A stretch of 64,000 bases of DNA from positions 70,842 to 134,841 of the forward strand of contig CAWBMM010000007.1 in NCBI GenBank assembly GCA_963789855.1, in the 5' to 3' direction. The notes under the pieces are model-generated. The model worked only from the letters and a program-made list of their open reading frames with translations, did no database searches and was not told the DNA's origin. The stretch is from an uncultured Actinomycetota bacterium (GTDB taxonomy: Bacteria > Actinomycetota > Actinomycetes > JACCUZ01). The position numbers and the translations under genes were made by a program. Position 1 is the stretch's first letter. Every line of letters starts with the position of its first letter. This document shows positions 29,843 to 40,116 of the stretch, piece after piece.

Positions 29843-30196
29843 CGATCGACCCACAGCCCGCCGGACCTGCCGAGATGAGCTACCTGGCCGACGTCGGGTC
29901 CCTGGTCGAGGTCGCCCCCGAGGCGACCGTCTCCCGCACGGTCCTCACCGCCGACGGTGCTCGTCTCGTGCTGTTCTCCTTCGACGAGGGGCAGGAGCTG
30001 CGCGAGCACACGGCGGCGATGCCGGTGCTGCTCCAGGTGCTCGACGGCCGGCTCTCGGTCGCCGCCGCCGGCCGATCGGTCGAGCTCGGCCCCGCGTGGG
30101 GTGGTCCACCTCCCGGCCCGGTTGCCGCACGCCGTGGTCGCTCTCGAGCCGAGTCGCCTGCTCCTGACGATGCTCGACCCCCGGGCGCACGGCTGA
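29839..30196 (+). pseudogene. cupin domain protein, one frame break near 30093
   Basis: GTG 29839 overlaps the upstream stop (GTGA). '...FSFDEGQELREHTAAMPVLLQVLDGRLSVAAAGRSVELGP' then, one base displaced, 'GVVHLPARLPHAVVALEPSRLLLTMLDPRAHG*'. Confidence 0.65.
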
Positions 30197-30228
30197 GCGC
30201 AGGGCGCCCGGCAGGGAAGACGCGTGGG

Positions 30229-31047
30229 TCAGCTCGGGGCGCTGGTGTACTGCACCTGCAGTGCGCCGGAGTCGTCACGCAGCTCGAGCGCGTCGCCACG
30301 CACGGTGAAGGTCGTCGCGGCCGCGAGCGCCGCGAAGTAGGCCGTCTCCTGGGCGTTGACGTCGTCGGCGCACAGCTTCCGGGTGCTGGCGAGGGCGCCG
30401 ACAGAGAGGCGGGTGCCGTCGACGGTGTAGGGACCGTTGTAGGAGTTGCAGCCGCCGCTGCCGGAGACGGTGCCGGCCGCGGCGAACTCGGCGGTCACGG
30501 TGCTGCCCGAGACGACGGAGTCGACGGCCTGCTTCCCGTTGTTGATCCCGGTCGCGGTCCAGCGGGTCCCGACGAGCGGGGGTGTCCGGGCGGGGGAGAA
30601 GGTGAGCAGGGTGGCGCCGTCCGGCCCGAGCAGCGTCAGCTCCTTCGCCGTGGCCGTGAACGTGCTTGCCTGGCCGAGCCGCAACAGGTACGCCGCCTCG
30701 ACGGACGTGGCCTGTCCCGGGCAGGCCATCTGGGTGGAGACCAACGGGCCGATCTCGATGCTGGCCCCGTCCACGGTGTACGGGCCGCCGAAGGTGTTGC
30801 AGCCACCGGACCCGGAGACGCGGTCGGCCGTGAACTCCGCAGTGGCGCTGACCGAGGCAGGCACCTTGGTCAGCGTCTCGGTGCCGGGCGCCGCGAAGCT
30901 GACCAGCTGCCACGACGTGCCCTGCACGGTGCCGCCGCTCCCGGGTGAGGGGGTGGTGGTCGACGACGATCCGCCGTGACCGGTGCCGCACCCGGCACAG
31001 AGCAGGACGACCGCGAGCGTCAACGGGATCCATCGGCGGAGCGGCAT
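30229..31047 (-). CDS. META-domain (HslJ-like) lipoprotein, two META repeats
   Basis: Lipobox 'LLCAGCGTG'. Two repeats containing 'SGGCNTFGGPYTVDGASI' and 'SGGCNSYNGPYTVDGTRL'. Confidence 0.8.
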   Translation of the reverse strand: MPLRRWIPLTLAVVLLCAGCGTGHGGSSSTTTPSPGSGGTVQGTSWQLVSFAAPGTETLTKVPASVSATAEFTADRVSGSGGCNTFGGPYTVDGASIEIGPLVSTQMACPGQATSVEAAYLLRLGQASTFTATAKELTLLGPDGATLLTFSPARTPPLVGTRWTATGINNGKQAVDSVVSGSTVTAEFAAAGTVSGSGGCNSYNGPYTVDGTRLSVGALASTRKLCADDVNAQETAYFAALAAATTFTVRGDALELRDDSGALQVQYTSAPS

Positions 31048-31084
31048 CGGTCTCCTCCGTGGTCAGGTGGTCGTGTGCCGGGGA

Positions 31085-31267
31085 CTACAGCCGGCGGCGG
31101 TCGGGCACGACGTACGCGACGATCAGTGCGGCCGGGAAGAACACCAGGCTGAACAGGAAGTACAGCAGGAAGCTGTGGCCCTTCCGGCCGGCGACCCGGG
31201 CCGGCCAGAACGCGATCGCGATCCAGATGATGACCGAGACGGTCCACCAGAACCAGGAACCGTTCAT
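31085..31267 (-). CDS. small two-TM membrane protein, unknown function
   Basis: 60 aa: MNGSWFWWTVSVIIWIAIAFWPARVAGRKGHSFLLYFLFSLVFFPAALIVAYVVPDRRRL. Hydrophobic, with aromatic-rich, protein-like composition. Confidence 0.5.
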   Translation of the reverse strand: MNGSWFWWTVSVIIWIAIAFWPARVAGRKGHSFLLYFLFSLVFFPAALIVAYVVPDRRRL

Positions 31268-31428
31268 GTCGTGCCTCTCGTCAAGGAGCGTTCCCCGCGC
31301 GGCGAGCCTCTCGCGACGCCATCCGGGAGCGCCTCACCTGATCCGGGTGGCTGGGACGACCGGGGGCCGACGGGTGGTGGTGGCCGAGCGGGCGCCCTAG
31401 TCTGCTCAGCACCCTGCCCCCGGGAGTA

Positions 31429-32091
31429 GTGATGAGTCGCCGTCTGGTCGACCTGAGCCATCCGATCGTCGCCGGCATGACGACGTACCCTGGCCTGCCC
31501 GCGCCGGAGATCGAGACCTACATCAGCCGGGCCGACTCCGCGGAACGGATGGCGCCGGGCGTGTCCTTCCACATCGCCCGGCTGTGCATGGTCGCGAACA
31601 CCGGCACCTACCTCGACGCCCCGTTCCACTTCCACGAGACCGGCGTGGACACGGCCGGGCTGCCGCTCGAGCGGCTCGTCGACCTGCCCGTCGTCGTGGT
31701 GGACGCCCGGGGAGGCCCGGCCGTCACCGCCTCGGTGCTCCGCGACGGGCCGGAGCTGGGCGGCGCCGCGGTGCTGTTCCGCACCGACTGGTCGCAGCAC
31801 TGGGGGACGAGCCAGTACCTCGAGGGCAGCCCGCACCTGCTTGGCGACGTGGTCGACGTGCTGCTGGCCGCGGGGGTCGCGCTCGTCGGGATCGACGCGC
31901 TGAACATCGACGACGTGCACGACGGCTCGCGGCCGGCCCACCACCGGCTGCTCGGGGCCGGCATCCCGATCGTGGAGCACCTGACGAACCTGGCGGCGCT
32001 GCCCGCGACGGGTGCGCGACTGACGGCGCTCCCGGCACCGGTGGTCGGCATGGGAACCATGCCCGTCCGCGCGGTCGCGGTCGTCGACTAG
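31429..32091 (+). CDS. putative cyclase (kynurenine formamidase-like) family protein
   Basis: 220 aa. 'LVDLSHPI', variant metal motif 'ANTGTYLDAPFHF', 'GIDALNIDD', 'HHRLLGAGIPIVEHLTNL'. Confidence 0.7.
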   Translation: MMSRRLVDLSHPIVAGMTTYPGLPAPEIETYISRADSAERMAPGVSFHIARLCMVANTGTYLDAPFHFHETGVDTAGLPLERLVDLPVVVVDARGGPAVTASVLRDGPELGGAAVLFRTDWSQHWGTSQYLEGSPHLLGDVVDVLLAAGVALVGIDALNIDDVHDGSRPAHHRLLGAGIPIVEHLTNLAALPATGARLTALPAPVVGMGTMPVRAVAVVD

Positions 32092-32723
32092 CTGCCGCCC
32101 GCGGGCTCGACCGCGTGGTAGGTCAGCACGCCGCCGAACGCCATCAGGCCCAGGCCGGCCACGACGTCCGCCGCGACCTGGGTGCGGGCACCGGCCCGAC
32201 GCCGGAAGGCGGCCACCCCGAGCGCCAGCACCAGGAACCAGGCGAAGGTGCCGAGCCCGACGCCGAGCAGCATCAGCAGGGTGCTAGCAGCACCGTCGGT
32301 GGCCGACGCCGACGACGCCACCGCGAACGCCGCCGCCCAGTAGGCGATCGTTGCCGGGTTGCTCGCGGTCGCGGCCACGGCCGTGCGCCAGGCCGGCCCC
32401 GCGCGCAGGACCTCGCCGTCGGTCTCCAGCCCCTGGCGGACCCGCATCGCGCTCCACAGCGTGCGGCCTCCGATGACCACGAGGACGACGCCGCCGACCA
32501 CACCCAGTGCGACGTCGAGCCCGCTGGCCCGCAGCAGCCCGCCGACACCGAGCAGGCCGAGGGCGGCGTAGCAGACGTCGACCATGGCCGCACCGAGGCC
32601 GATCGCGGCGCCGACCCCGACGCCGTTGCGCAGCACGCTCCGCACGCAGAGCAGGCCGATCGGCCCCAGCGGCATGGCCACCAGGAAGCCGAGGGTGAGC
32701 CCGGTGGCAAGGGCGCGCGTCAT
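32088..32723 (-). CDS. LysE/RhtB-type amino-acid exporter
   Basis: ATG 32723. 'MTRALATGLTLGFLVAMPLGPIGLLCV...' About 211 aa with 6 hydrophobic segments, typical of LysE translocators. Confidence 0.7.
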   Translation of the reverse strand: MTRALATGLTLGFLVAMPLGPIGLLCVRSVLRNGVGVGAAIGLGAAMVDVCYAALGLLGVGGLLRASGLDVALGVVGGVVLVVIGGRTLWSAMRVRQGLETDGEVLRAGPAWRTAVAATASNPATIAYWAAAFAVASSASATDGAASTLLMLLGVGLGTFAWFLVLALGVAAFRRRAGARTQVAADVVAGLGLMAFGGVLTYHAVEPAGGS

Positions 32724-32765
32724 GGCGGCCAGGGTAGGGGACCCAGGCCGTGGCACGCTGCCGGC

Positions 32766-33043
32766 ATGACCGCTGCTTCCGAGACCGCCGAGCCGTACAC
32801 CCTCGAGGAGCTCGCCGCCCAGGAGGACGAGCTGCAGCTCGCCCACTTCGACAACGACGACGCCTGGACGCTGGGAGTAGCGCTGGTCGAGGAGGCGCGG
32901 TTCGGGCACAGCTCGCTCTACGTCGGCCATCGTCCGCGGGCGTCGGCCCGGTGGGTGTGGTGGCCGTCTCCGGACTGCCCCAGCTGCAGGACCACCGGCT
33001 CGTCGTGGAGGTGCTGCGGGCGTACCTCCGAGCCGGGGCCTAG
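32766..33043 (+). pseudogene. remnant of a UPF0303/heme-degrading-domain-like gene
   Basis: Only about 92 codons: 'MTAASETAEPYTLEELAAQEDELQLAHFDNDDAWTLGVALVEEAR', then 'FGHSSLYVG', 'AIVRG', and '[30 protein letters not shown]' in successively displaced frames. As I remember the family (about 160 aa), two internal segments are missing. Confidence 0.45.
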
Positions 33044-34329
33044 CGCTCGAAGGCGTCCGGGATGCCGTCGTGGTCGGAGTCCACCTGCTCGGCCGCCTCG
33101 ATGCGCCGGTAGACGTTGCTGCGGGCCCGCAGCAGGCCGCCCGCGAACGCGGCAGCGAGCAGCGACCCGACCAGGACCGCGACCTTCACGTGGTCGTCGG
33201 TGGTGCTGCCGGAGCCGAAGGCGAGCTCTCCGATGAGCAGCGAGACGGTGAACCCGATGCCGGCGAGCATCGCGAGCCCGACCACGTCCCACCAGGACAG
33301 GTCGTCGTCGAGCTCGGCACGGGTGAACCGGGCGACCGCCCAGGTCGCCGCCAGCACGCCGAGCGGCTTGCCGAGGACGAGCCCGACGACGACGCCGACG
33401 GCGACCGGGTCACGGACGGACTCCTGGAAGCCGTCCAGCCCGCCGATCGCGACCCCCGCCGCGAAGAAGGCGAACACCGGCACCGCCACGGACGCCGACA
33501 GCGGCCGCCAGCGGTGCTCGAACTGCTCGGCGAGACCTGGGCCGTCACCGTCGCCCTGCCGCTTCACCGGCACCACGAACGCGAGCAACACCCCGGCGAC
33601 GGTGGCGTGCACACCGGAGGCGTGCACGAGCGCCCAGACCGCGAACGCCAGCGGCAGCAGCAGCCACCAGGACCGGATGCGCCGCTGCACGGCGAACGCG
33701 AAGAGCGCGAGCGGCACCATGGCCGCCAGCAACGGCAGCAGGGACAGGTGCCGGGTGTAGAAGAGCGCGATGATCGTGATCGCCAGCAGGTCGTCGACGA
33801 CCGCCAGGGTCAGCAGGAAGGTGCGCAGCGCGGAAGGCAGGTGCGAGCCGATGATCGCGAGCACCGCCAGCGCGAAGGCGATGTCGGTCGCCGTGGGGAT
33901 GGCCCAGCCGGACACGTCGCCGCCACCCGCGAGCTCCACTGCGGTGTAGAGCAGGGCGGGCACGATCACCCCGCCCACGGCCGCGGCCACCGGCACCGCG
34001 GCCCGGGCCGGGTCGCGCAGGTCGCCCGCGACGAACTCACGCTTGAGCTCGAGCCCGGCGACGAAGAAGAAGATGGCGAGCAGGCCGTCCGCCGCCCAGG
34101 TGCCCAGCGTGAGGTGCAGGTGCAGAGCCTCGGGCCCGACGCGGGTGTTGCGCAGCTCCAGGTAAGAATCCCCCCATCGGGAGTTCGCCCAGACGAGGGC
34201 GATCGTGGCTCCGGCCAGCAGCAGGGCACCGCCGACCGTCTCCTTGCGCAGCACCTCGCTGATGCGGGCGGTCTCCGGCCACGAGCCGTGACCGAGCAGC
34301 CGTTGCTTCGGCGGCGGGCTGGCAGTCAT
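33040..34329 (-). CDS. nhaA: Na+/H+ antiporter NhaA
   Basis: 429 aa, uninterrupted. '[20 protein letters not shown]' (Asp-Asp motif) and the typical NhaA layout. Confidence 0.85.
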   Translation of the reverse strand: MTASPPPKQRLLGHGSWPETARISEVLRKETVGGALLLAGATIALVWANSRWGDSYLELRNTRVGPEALHLHLTLGTWAADGLLAIFFFVAGLELKREFVAGDLRDPARAAVPVAAAVGGVIVPALLYTAVELAGGGDVSGWAIPTATDIAFALAVLAIIGSHLPSALRTFLLTLAVVDDLLAITIIALFYTRHLSLLPLLAAMVPLALFAFAVQRRIRSWWLLLPLAFAVWALVHASGVHATVAGVLLAFVVPVKRQGDGDGPGLAEQFEHRWRPLSASVAVPVFAFFAAGVAIGGLDGFQESVRDPVAVGVVVGLVLGKPLGVLAATWAVARFTRAELDDDLSWWDVVGLAMLAGIGFTVSLLIGELAFGSGSTTDDHVKVAVLVGSLLAAAFAGGLLRARSNVYRRIEAAEQVDSDHDGIPDAFER

Positions 34330-34357
34330 GCTCGGGTCCTCATCGTCAGGTGCTCGG

Positions 34358-35653
34358 TCAGCTGCTGAAGGCGAAGTAGCGCAACCAGAGGTACACCCAG
34401 CTCACCGCGATGGTGACCAGGGCGACCACGGCGCCGTACCTGGTGAACTTCCAGAACGAGATCGGGTGCCCGTTGCGGGCGGCGATGCCGAGGACGACGA
34501 CGTTGGCGCTGGCACCGACCGCGGTGGCGTTGCCCCCCAGGTCGGCCCCGAGCGCGAGGGCCCACCACAGCGCGCGCGCCTGCTCGGAACCACCGCCGGC
34601 GTCGACGAGGTTCTGCACCAGCGGGGTCATGGTCGCGACGTAGGGGATGTTGTCGATGATGCCCGACACCAGCCCGGAACCCCAGAGCAACGCCGTCGCC
34701 GCGAGCAGGTACCGGTCTCCGACCGCGTCGGCGACGACCTCGCCGAGCCGGCTGACGATCCCGACCTCGACCAGGGCACCCACCATGACGAAGAGCCCCA
34801 TGAAGAACACCAGGGTGGCCCACTCGACCTCCTCGAGGTACTGCCTCGGCTCCAGGCCGGACAGCGCCACCAGCGCTCCGGCACCCAGCAGCGCGACCAG
34901 TGACGGCTCGACCTCGAGCCACGGGTGGGCGACGAAGCCGACGACGACCGCCACCAGGACGACCGCGGAGCGCAGCAGGAGGGCGCCGTCGCGAATGACG
35001 TCGCGCTCGTCGAGGGCCATCAGGACAGCCACCCGCGCCGGGTCGTAGCGCATCGAGGAGCGGAACAGCAGCCAGCACAGCCCGACGAACACGGCCATCA
35101 GCAGGACGACGACGGGCGCGAGGTTGAGCAGGAAGTCGTTGAAGGTCAGGCCGCCGCGGCTGGCGATGATGATGTTCGGCGGGTCGCCGACCAGCGTCGC
35201 GGTGCCGCCGATGTTGGCGGCGAGCGCCTCGGCGATGAGGAAGGGGACGGGAGTCACACCGAGCCGGTCGCAGAGGAGGAGGGTGACCGGTGCGACGAGC
35301 AGCACCGTCGTGACGTTGTCCAGCAGCGCCGACGCCAGTGCGGTGATGCAGACCAGCAGGACCAGCGTGGCGAACGGCCTCCCCCGGGTGCGCTTGGCCG
35401 CCCAGATCGCCGCGTAGTCGAAGACCCCGGTCTGCTTGACGATGCTGACGATCACCATCATGCCGAGCAGCAGGAAGATGACGTTCCAGTCGACGCCCGT
35501 CTGCTCGCTGAAGAACGCCACCTGCGTGTCGACGACGCCGAGCAGCACCATGCCCGCGGCGCCCCACAGTGCCGCCGCGACCCGATGGATGCGTTCGGTG
35601 GCGATGAGGACGTAGGCGGCGGCGAAGACCACCACCACCAGGACGTCGGTCAT
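34358..35653 (-). CDS. ArsB/NhaD-superfamily (citrate-transporter-like) permease
   Basis: ATG 35653 overlaps the stop of the CBS gene (ATGA). 431 aa polytopic. '[17 protein letters not shown]', '[16 protein letters not shown]', '[19 protein letters not shown]'. Confidence 0.75.
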   Translation of the reverse strand: MTDVLVVVVFAAAYVLIATERIHRVAAALWGAAGMVLLGVVDTQVAFFSEQTGVDWNVIFLLLGMMVIVSIVKQTGVFDYAAIWAAKRTRGRPFATLVLLVCITALASALLDNVTTVLLVAPVTLLLCDRLGVTPVPFLIAEALAANIGGTATLVGDPPNIIIASRGGLTFNDFLLNLAPVVVLLMAVFVGLCWLLFRSSMRYDPARVAVLMALDERDVIRDGALLLRSAVVLVAVVVGFVAHPWLEVEPSLVALLGAGALVALSGLEPRQYLEEVEWATLVFFMGLFVMVGALVEVGIVSRLGEVVADAVGDRYLLAATALLWGSGLVSGIIDNIPYVATMTPLVQNLVDAGGGSEQARALWWALALGADLGGNATAVGASANVVVLGIAARNGHPISFWKFTRYGAVVALVTIAVSWVYLWLRYFAFSS

Positions 35654-36114
35654 CCGGGAGCCGCTGCCGGCGGCAGCAGGTAGTCGAGCAGCTGGCTCAC
35701 CGTGATGGCTCCGACGACCTCGTCGCCGTCGACGACGGCCACGAGCGGGCTGTGCATCCGGGCCATCACCGCGGCCACCTCCAGCCCGGTGGCGTCGCTG
35801 TCGACGACCGGCAGCTCGTCGAGGTCCTGCGGCCTCGGCAGCAGGTCGCGGACGGTGCGGTGCTCGAGCCGCCTGCACAGCTCGTCGGCTGCCTGCTCGT
35901 CGAGGGCGCGGGCCAGGCCGGGCTCGTCCTGGACGTACGCCGGGATGAGGAAGCGCAGCACCTGGGAGCCGGGCAGCACGGTCCACGGCCTGCCGTCGTC
36001 GCCGCAGACGATCAGACCGGGCAGCCGCTCTGCGGCCATCGCGCGCGCGGCGTCGGAGGCGTCCGTGTCGGGGAAGACCACGGGGAAGGGGCGAGCGAGT
36101 TCTCGGGCACGCAT
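35650..36114 (-). CDS. CBS-pair domain protein
   Basis: 154 aa. Two CBS-like units ('AARAMAAERLPGLIVCGDDGRPWTVL', 'VAAVMARMHSPLVAVVDGDEVVGAITVSQLL'). Confidence 0.75.
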   Translation of the reverse strand: MRARELARPFPVVFPDTDASDAARAMAAERLPGLIVCGDDGRPWTVLPGSQVLRFLIPAYVQDEPGLARALDEQAADELCRRLEHRTVRDLLPRPQDLDELPVVDSDATGLEVAAVMARMHSPLVAVVDGDEVVGAITVSQLLDYLLPPAAAPG

Positions 36115-36263
36115 CGGAGCTCCTGGGGACGGACGGCGTTCAGTGCTGTGCCGACCAGACTTCCCGGCGCTCCGCAGGCAACCCTAGCGGTCGGTCGCCA
36201 CCGGCACCCGGCACACTCTGCCCTGGCACGTCTCTCCTCGACCGTCGTGCCGCGGAGGCCGCC

Positions 36264-37864
36264 GTGTCCACCGTGCTGCTCGGCGGCCTCCTGGTCGCGG
36301 TCGTGGTCGTCGCGACGCCGGTGGCCGACCGGCTGCGGCTGCCGCTGCCGGTACTGCTCACCGTGCTCGGGCCTGCTGCTCCCGCTGGCGCCCGGCACCC
36401 CGGACCTGAGCATCGACCCGGACGTCATCCTTCCCGTCGTCCTGCCGCCGCTGCTGTTCGCCGCGACCCAGCGCGCGACCGCGCGGGAGTTCCGCGAGAA
36501 CGCCCGCGCGATCCTGCTGCTGGCAGTCGGCCTGACGGTCGCCTCGGCCGCCGCCGTGGCCTGGGTCGCCCACCAGACCGGGCTGGGCTGGGGGCCGGCC
36601 TGGGTGCTCGGGGCGGTCGTCGCGCCGCCGGACCCGGTCGCCGCCACCGCGGTGGCTCGCCGGCTCCGGCTGCCCGACCGCCTCGTGACGGTCCTCGAGG
36701 GCGAGGGCATGTTCAACGACGCGACCGCCCTGGTGCTGTACGGCGTCGCGGTGTCCGCGGTGGTGACCGGCGGCGTGACGCCCGGGGAGGTCAGCATTCC
36801 GGCTCGCCCTCGCCGTGGTCGTGGGCGTGGCCGTCGGACTGCTGGCCGGTGTGCTCACCCGGCGGGCGCTGGCCGCGCTGCACGACGCGGCTGCGGAGAC
36901 CACGGTGACGGTCGCGATGCCGTTCGCGGCGTACCTGGTGGCCGACCACCTCGACGGCTCCGGCGTGCTCGCGGTGCTGAGCCTGGGGCTGTTCCTCCGG
37001 ACCTATGGGCACCCGGCCTTGACGTCGGGCGGCTGGCTGCTCGGCCGGGCGGTGTGGCGGTTCGCGGACTACCTCATCACCAGCCTGGTGTTCGTCCTGA
37101 TCGGCTTCGAGCTGACCGCGGTCCTCGAGGACAGCGGCCTCAGCGCCGAGACCCGCGGGCTGGCGGTCGCGGTGGTCGTGGTGCTGGTCGTGGTGCGGTT
37201 CGGCTGGCTGTTCCCCGCCGCCTTCCTGGCCCGGTTCCGGCAGCGCCGCCGTGAGGCGGCGACACCGTACGGCGCGCGCGAGACGCTGGTCGCGGCCTGG
37301 GCCGGGATGCGCGGCGTCGTCACCGTCGCGACCGCCCTGGCGATCCCGTTGACCACCGACGCCGGCCGGTCGTTCCCGCACCGCAACGAGATCGTGGCGG
37401 TGGGCCTGGTCTGCGTGCTCGCGACGCTGGTCGTGCAGGGGCTGACCCTGGCACCGCTGGTGCGGCTGCTCGGGGTCGGCGTCGACGCGGACACCGGGCG
37501 AGAGGTCGCGGCGCTGCGGCAGCGGGCCGCGCGGGCAGCGTTGGACTCGGTGCGTTCCTCGACGGCCGGCGACGACGTGCCCGAGCCGGTACGGCGGGCG
37601 GCGACGCTGCAGTACGACGGCTACCTCGCCGCCCAGGCCGCCCTGGACGCCGCCCGAACCGGGTCTGCGGGCGGCGTCCCGCCGGAGATCACCGACCAGC
37701 CGGGCAGTGGGTACGCCGACGCGCTGGAGCGGGTGCTGCGGGAGGCGAGCGAGGCGGAGCGGACGGTCGTGCTCGACGCCCGCCGCACCGGCGAGGTGAG
37801 CGCCGCGGTCGCCGACGAGGTGCTGTCCGACATCGAGGCCAGGGCGGTCCGCGACTTCGACTAG
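36264..37864 (+). pseudogene. CPA1-type Na+/H+ antiporter (NhaP-like), two frame breaks
   Basis: Block 1: 'MSTVLLGGLLVAVVVVATPVADRLRLPLPVLLTVLG'. Block 2: 'LLLPLAPGTPDLSIDPDVILPVVLPPLLFAA...EGEGMFNDATALVLYGVAVSAVVTGGVTPGEV'. Block 3: 'AFRLALAVVVGVAVGLLAGVLT...AWAGMRGVVTVATAL...' running to the stop at 37864. Surplus bases near 36370 and 36793. Confidence 0.8.
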
Positions 37865-39009
37865 TGCGCCGGTGCCGGCTCCGGCGCTCGCTCCGGATCG
37901 GGTCCGGGCTCCGGCTCGACCGGTTCCGGTTCGACCTTCGTCTCGATCAGGGGGATGACCCAGGCGGCCCGTCGGTCCGGGTCGATGAACAGTGCCTTCA
38001 GGAACAGGGTCATCGGGACGGCCAGCAGCGCGCCGAGGGCGCCCAGCAGGTAGGTCCACACGACCAGCGACATGAACGTCATCTCTGCGCTGAGGCCCAC
38101 CGTGGCCCCGACGTACCGCGGCTGGATGAACGTCTGGATGGTGACGTTCAGCACGCTGTAGGCGAGGAGCACGGCCACCGCCTTCTGCCACCCGGAGTCG
38201 AGCAGCCCCAGCAGGGCCGGGGGGATGACGCCGAGCACGAAGCCGATGTTGGGGATGAAGTTGGTCAGGAACGAGAAGAAGCCCCACACGAACGGCAGCG
38301 GGATCGCGAGCAGCCACAGCGCGCCGATGTCCAGCACGGCGACGATCGCTCCGAACAGGGCCGTCACGACCAGGTAGCGCTGGGTGCCGATCACGAACCG
38401 TCCGAGGGAGGCGGCGATCTCGGGCTTGACCCGGGCGAGCGCCTGGATCCGCGGGCCGAAGCCCGGCACGGCGACCACGAAGAAGAACAGCAGCGTGACG
38501 ATGAAGAACAGCTCGCCCAAGGCCCCGAGGATGCCGCTCAGCAGGGAGGTCAGGAAGCTGGTGATCTTGCCGGGGTCGAGCTGGCTCAGCGCGTCGTTCG
38601 TCGACGAGCTGCTGACACCATGGTCCTTGAGCGACTTCTCGAGCGAGTCCCGCAGGTCGTTGGCGCTCCCGGTGTACTCCGGGAGCACGAGCACGAGCTT
38701 GGCGATGCAGAAGGCCATCCCGACGACGAGGACGACGAGGATCAGGTAGACCGCGACGAGGGCGAGCAGCGTCGCCAGCCAGCCGGGCCAGCCCCGGCCA
38801 CGGGCCCAGGTGCCGACGGGGATGACCGCGATGGTGAGCACGAGGGCGAGCATGCTCGGCGCGACGATGCCGGCAGCTCCCTTGATGCCGATGCCGAGGA
38901 GCACGACGCCCGCCCCGGCGACCAGCAGGACGACTGCCCGCGGCAGCCCCGGTGGGTTCGGCTCCACCGCTGCGCCGACCCCGGTGGTCGGGGTAGCAGG
39001 GGACGACAT
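37861..39009 (-). CDS. AI-2E family transporter (PerM-like permease)
   Basis: ATG 39009. Polytopic. 'FFSFLTNFIPNIGFVLGVIPPALLGL', 'VLNVTIQTFIQPRYVG', 'LLGALGALLAVPMTLF'. Pro/Glu-rich C-terminal tail. Confidence 0.8.
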   Translation of the reverse strand: MSSPATPTTGVGAAVEPNPPGLPRAVVLLVAGAGVVLLGIGIKGAAGIVAPSMLALVLTIAVIPVGTWARGRGWPGWLATLLALVAVYLILVVLVVGMAFCIAKLVLVLPEYTGSANDLRDSLEKSLKDHGVSSSSTNDALSQLDPGKITSFLTSLLSGILGALGELFFIVTLLFFFVVAVPGFGPRIQALARVKPEIAASLGRFVIGTQRYLVVTALFGAIVAVLDIGALWLLAIPLPFVWGFFSFLTNFIPNIGFVLGVIPPALLGLLDSGWQKAVAVLLAYSVLNVTIQTFIQPRYVGATVGLSAEMTFMSLVVWTYLLGALGALLAVPMTLFLKALFIDPDRRAAWVIPLIETKVEPEPVEPEPGPDPERAPEPAPAH

Positions 39010-39166
39010 GGCACGACCGTAGCGATCGGATCGGCCGCGCGCCTCGACCTGGGGGATCGGGCCGTGCGTGTCGGACGCCGGCTCCCCGCCGGTCCGATGC
39101 CTGCCGACAGACCGCTGCCCCGGGTGCTGGCGCACCCGGGGCAGCGGTCGAGGCGACTCGGGGAGA

Positions 39167-39616
39167 CTAGATCTCCTTCATCTCCCGGCCGTGCACGGTG
39201 AGGGCCCAGATCACGAAGATGTCCATCGCGATGACGATCGTGGACCAGAACGGGTAGGACGCTATGAACGCGAAGTTCACGATCAGGCTGACCGCGGCGA
39301 CGATGACGCCGACGGTGCGGGCCCAGATCCGGCCGGCGAACAGCCCCATGCCGGCGGCGATGATGATCAGGCCGCCGATCAGGTGCACCCAGCCCCACGT
39401 CGTGTAGTCGACGTGCACCGTCAAGCCGGACTTCGCGACGACGTAGTACTCGTCGTTGAACAGCGCGACGAGGCCCTGGATGACGTGCAGGGTCCCGATC
39501 AGCATCATCATGGTGCCGGCGAAGATGATCCAGCCGACCCAGCCGGTCGGCTCGGGCACGCCCCGTGAGGACTGCCGGGGCACCGGCCCGCTGCTCTGCG
39601 ACGTGGTGTCTGCCAT
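39167..39616 (-). CDS. DUF7144-like membrane protein
   Basis: ATG 39616 after GAAGGAG. 'GWVGWIIFAGTMMMLIGTLHVIQGLVALFNDEYYVV...TWGWVHLIGGLIIIAAG...'. Confidence 0.65.
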   Translation of the reverse strand: MADTTSQSSGPVPRQSSRGVPEPTGWVGWIIFAGTMMMLIGTLHVIQGLVALFNDEYYVVAKSGLTVHVDYTTWGWVHLIGGLIIIAAGMGLFAGRIWARTVGVIVAAVSLIVNFAFIASYPFWSTIVIAMDIFVIWALTVHGREMKEI

Positions 39617-39717
39617 CACAACTCCTTCGTCAGGGTTTGAACGCTTCCAGGGTAGGGCCAGCCACGGGGTCGCGGGCCTCATCCGGGACGGGTGATCTGT
39701 CCGTGTCGCGCCCCTGC

Positions 39718-40116
39718 TCAGCAGGTCGACTTGACGTCGTCCACCAGGGTCTTGACGTCGGCCGCGAAGGCGGTGACGGCTGCCCCGACAGCGGCCAGGG
39801 TGGTCAGCGACGGGTCCGACTTGGCGGCATCAGCGCTGGTCTTCAGCGCCGCGTAGGTCGTGTCGACCGCCGTGATCTGGCCGGAGAACTCGGACTTCGC
39901 GTCCGCCTTCACGTCGGCCACGTCGCCCTTGATCGTGGTCAGCTGGCTCTCCAGGGCGCTCAGGCCGTTGGAGGTGACGTTGACGTCCTTCAGGTTGTCC
40001 ACCGACGTCTGGAGGGTGTCGACCGCGCCGCAGACAGCGGGCTGGTCGCTGCCGCAGCCGACGAGGGAGGCGCCGAGGATCAGGGTGACGACGGCAGGGG
40101 CGAGGAAGGGCTTCAT
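39718..40116 (-). CDS. small helical lipoprotein, unknown function
   Basis: 132 aa. Lipobox 'LGASLVGCGS'. Ala/Thr/Asp/Lys-rich helical repeats. Cys near both ends. Confidence 0.6.
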   Translation of the reverse strand: MKPFLAPAVVTLILGASLVGCGSDQPAVCGAVDTLQTSVDNLKDVNVTSNGLSALESQLTTIKGDVADVKADAKSEFSGQITAVDTTYAALKTSADAAKSDPSLTTLAAVGAAVTAFAADVKTLVDDVKSTC

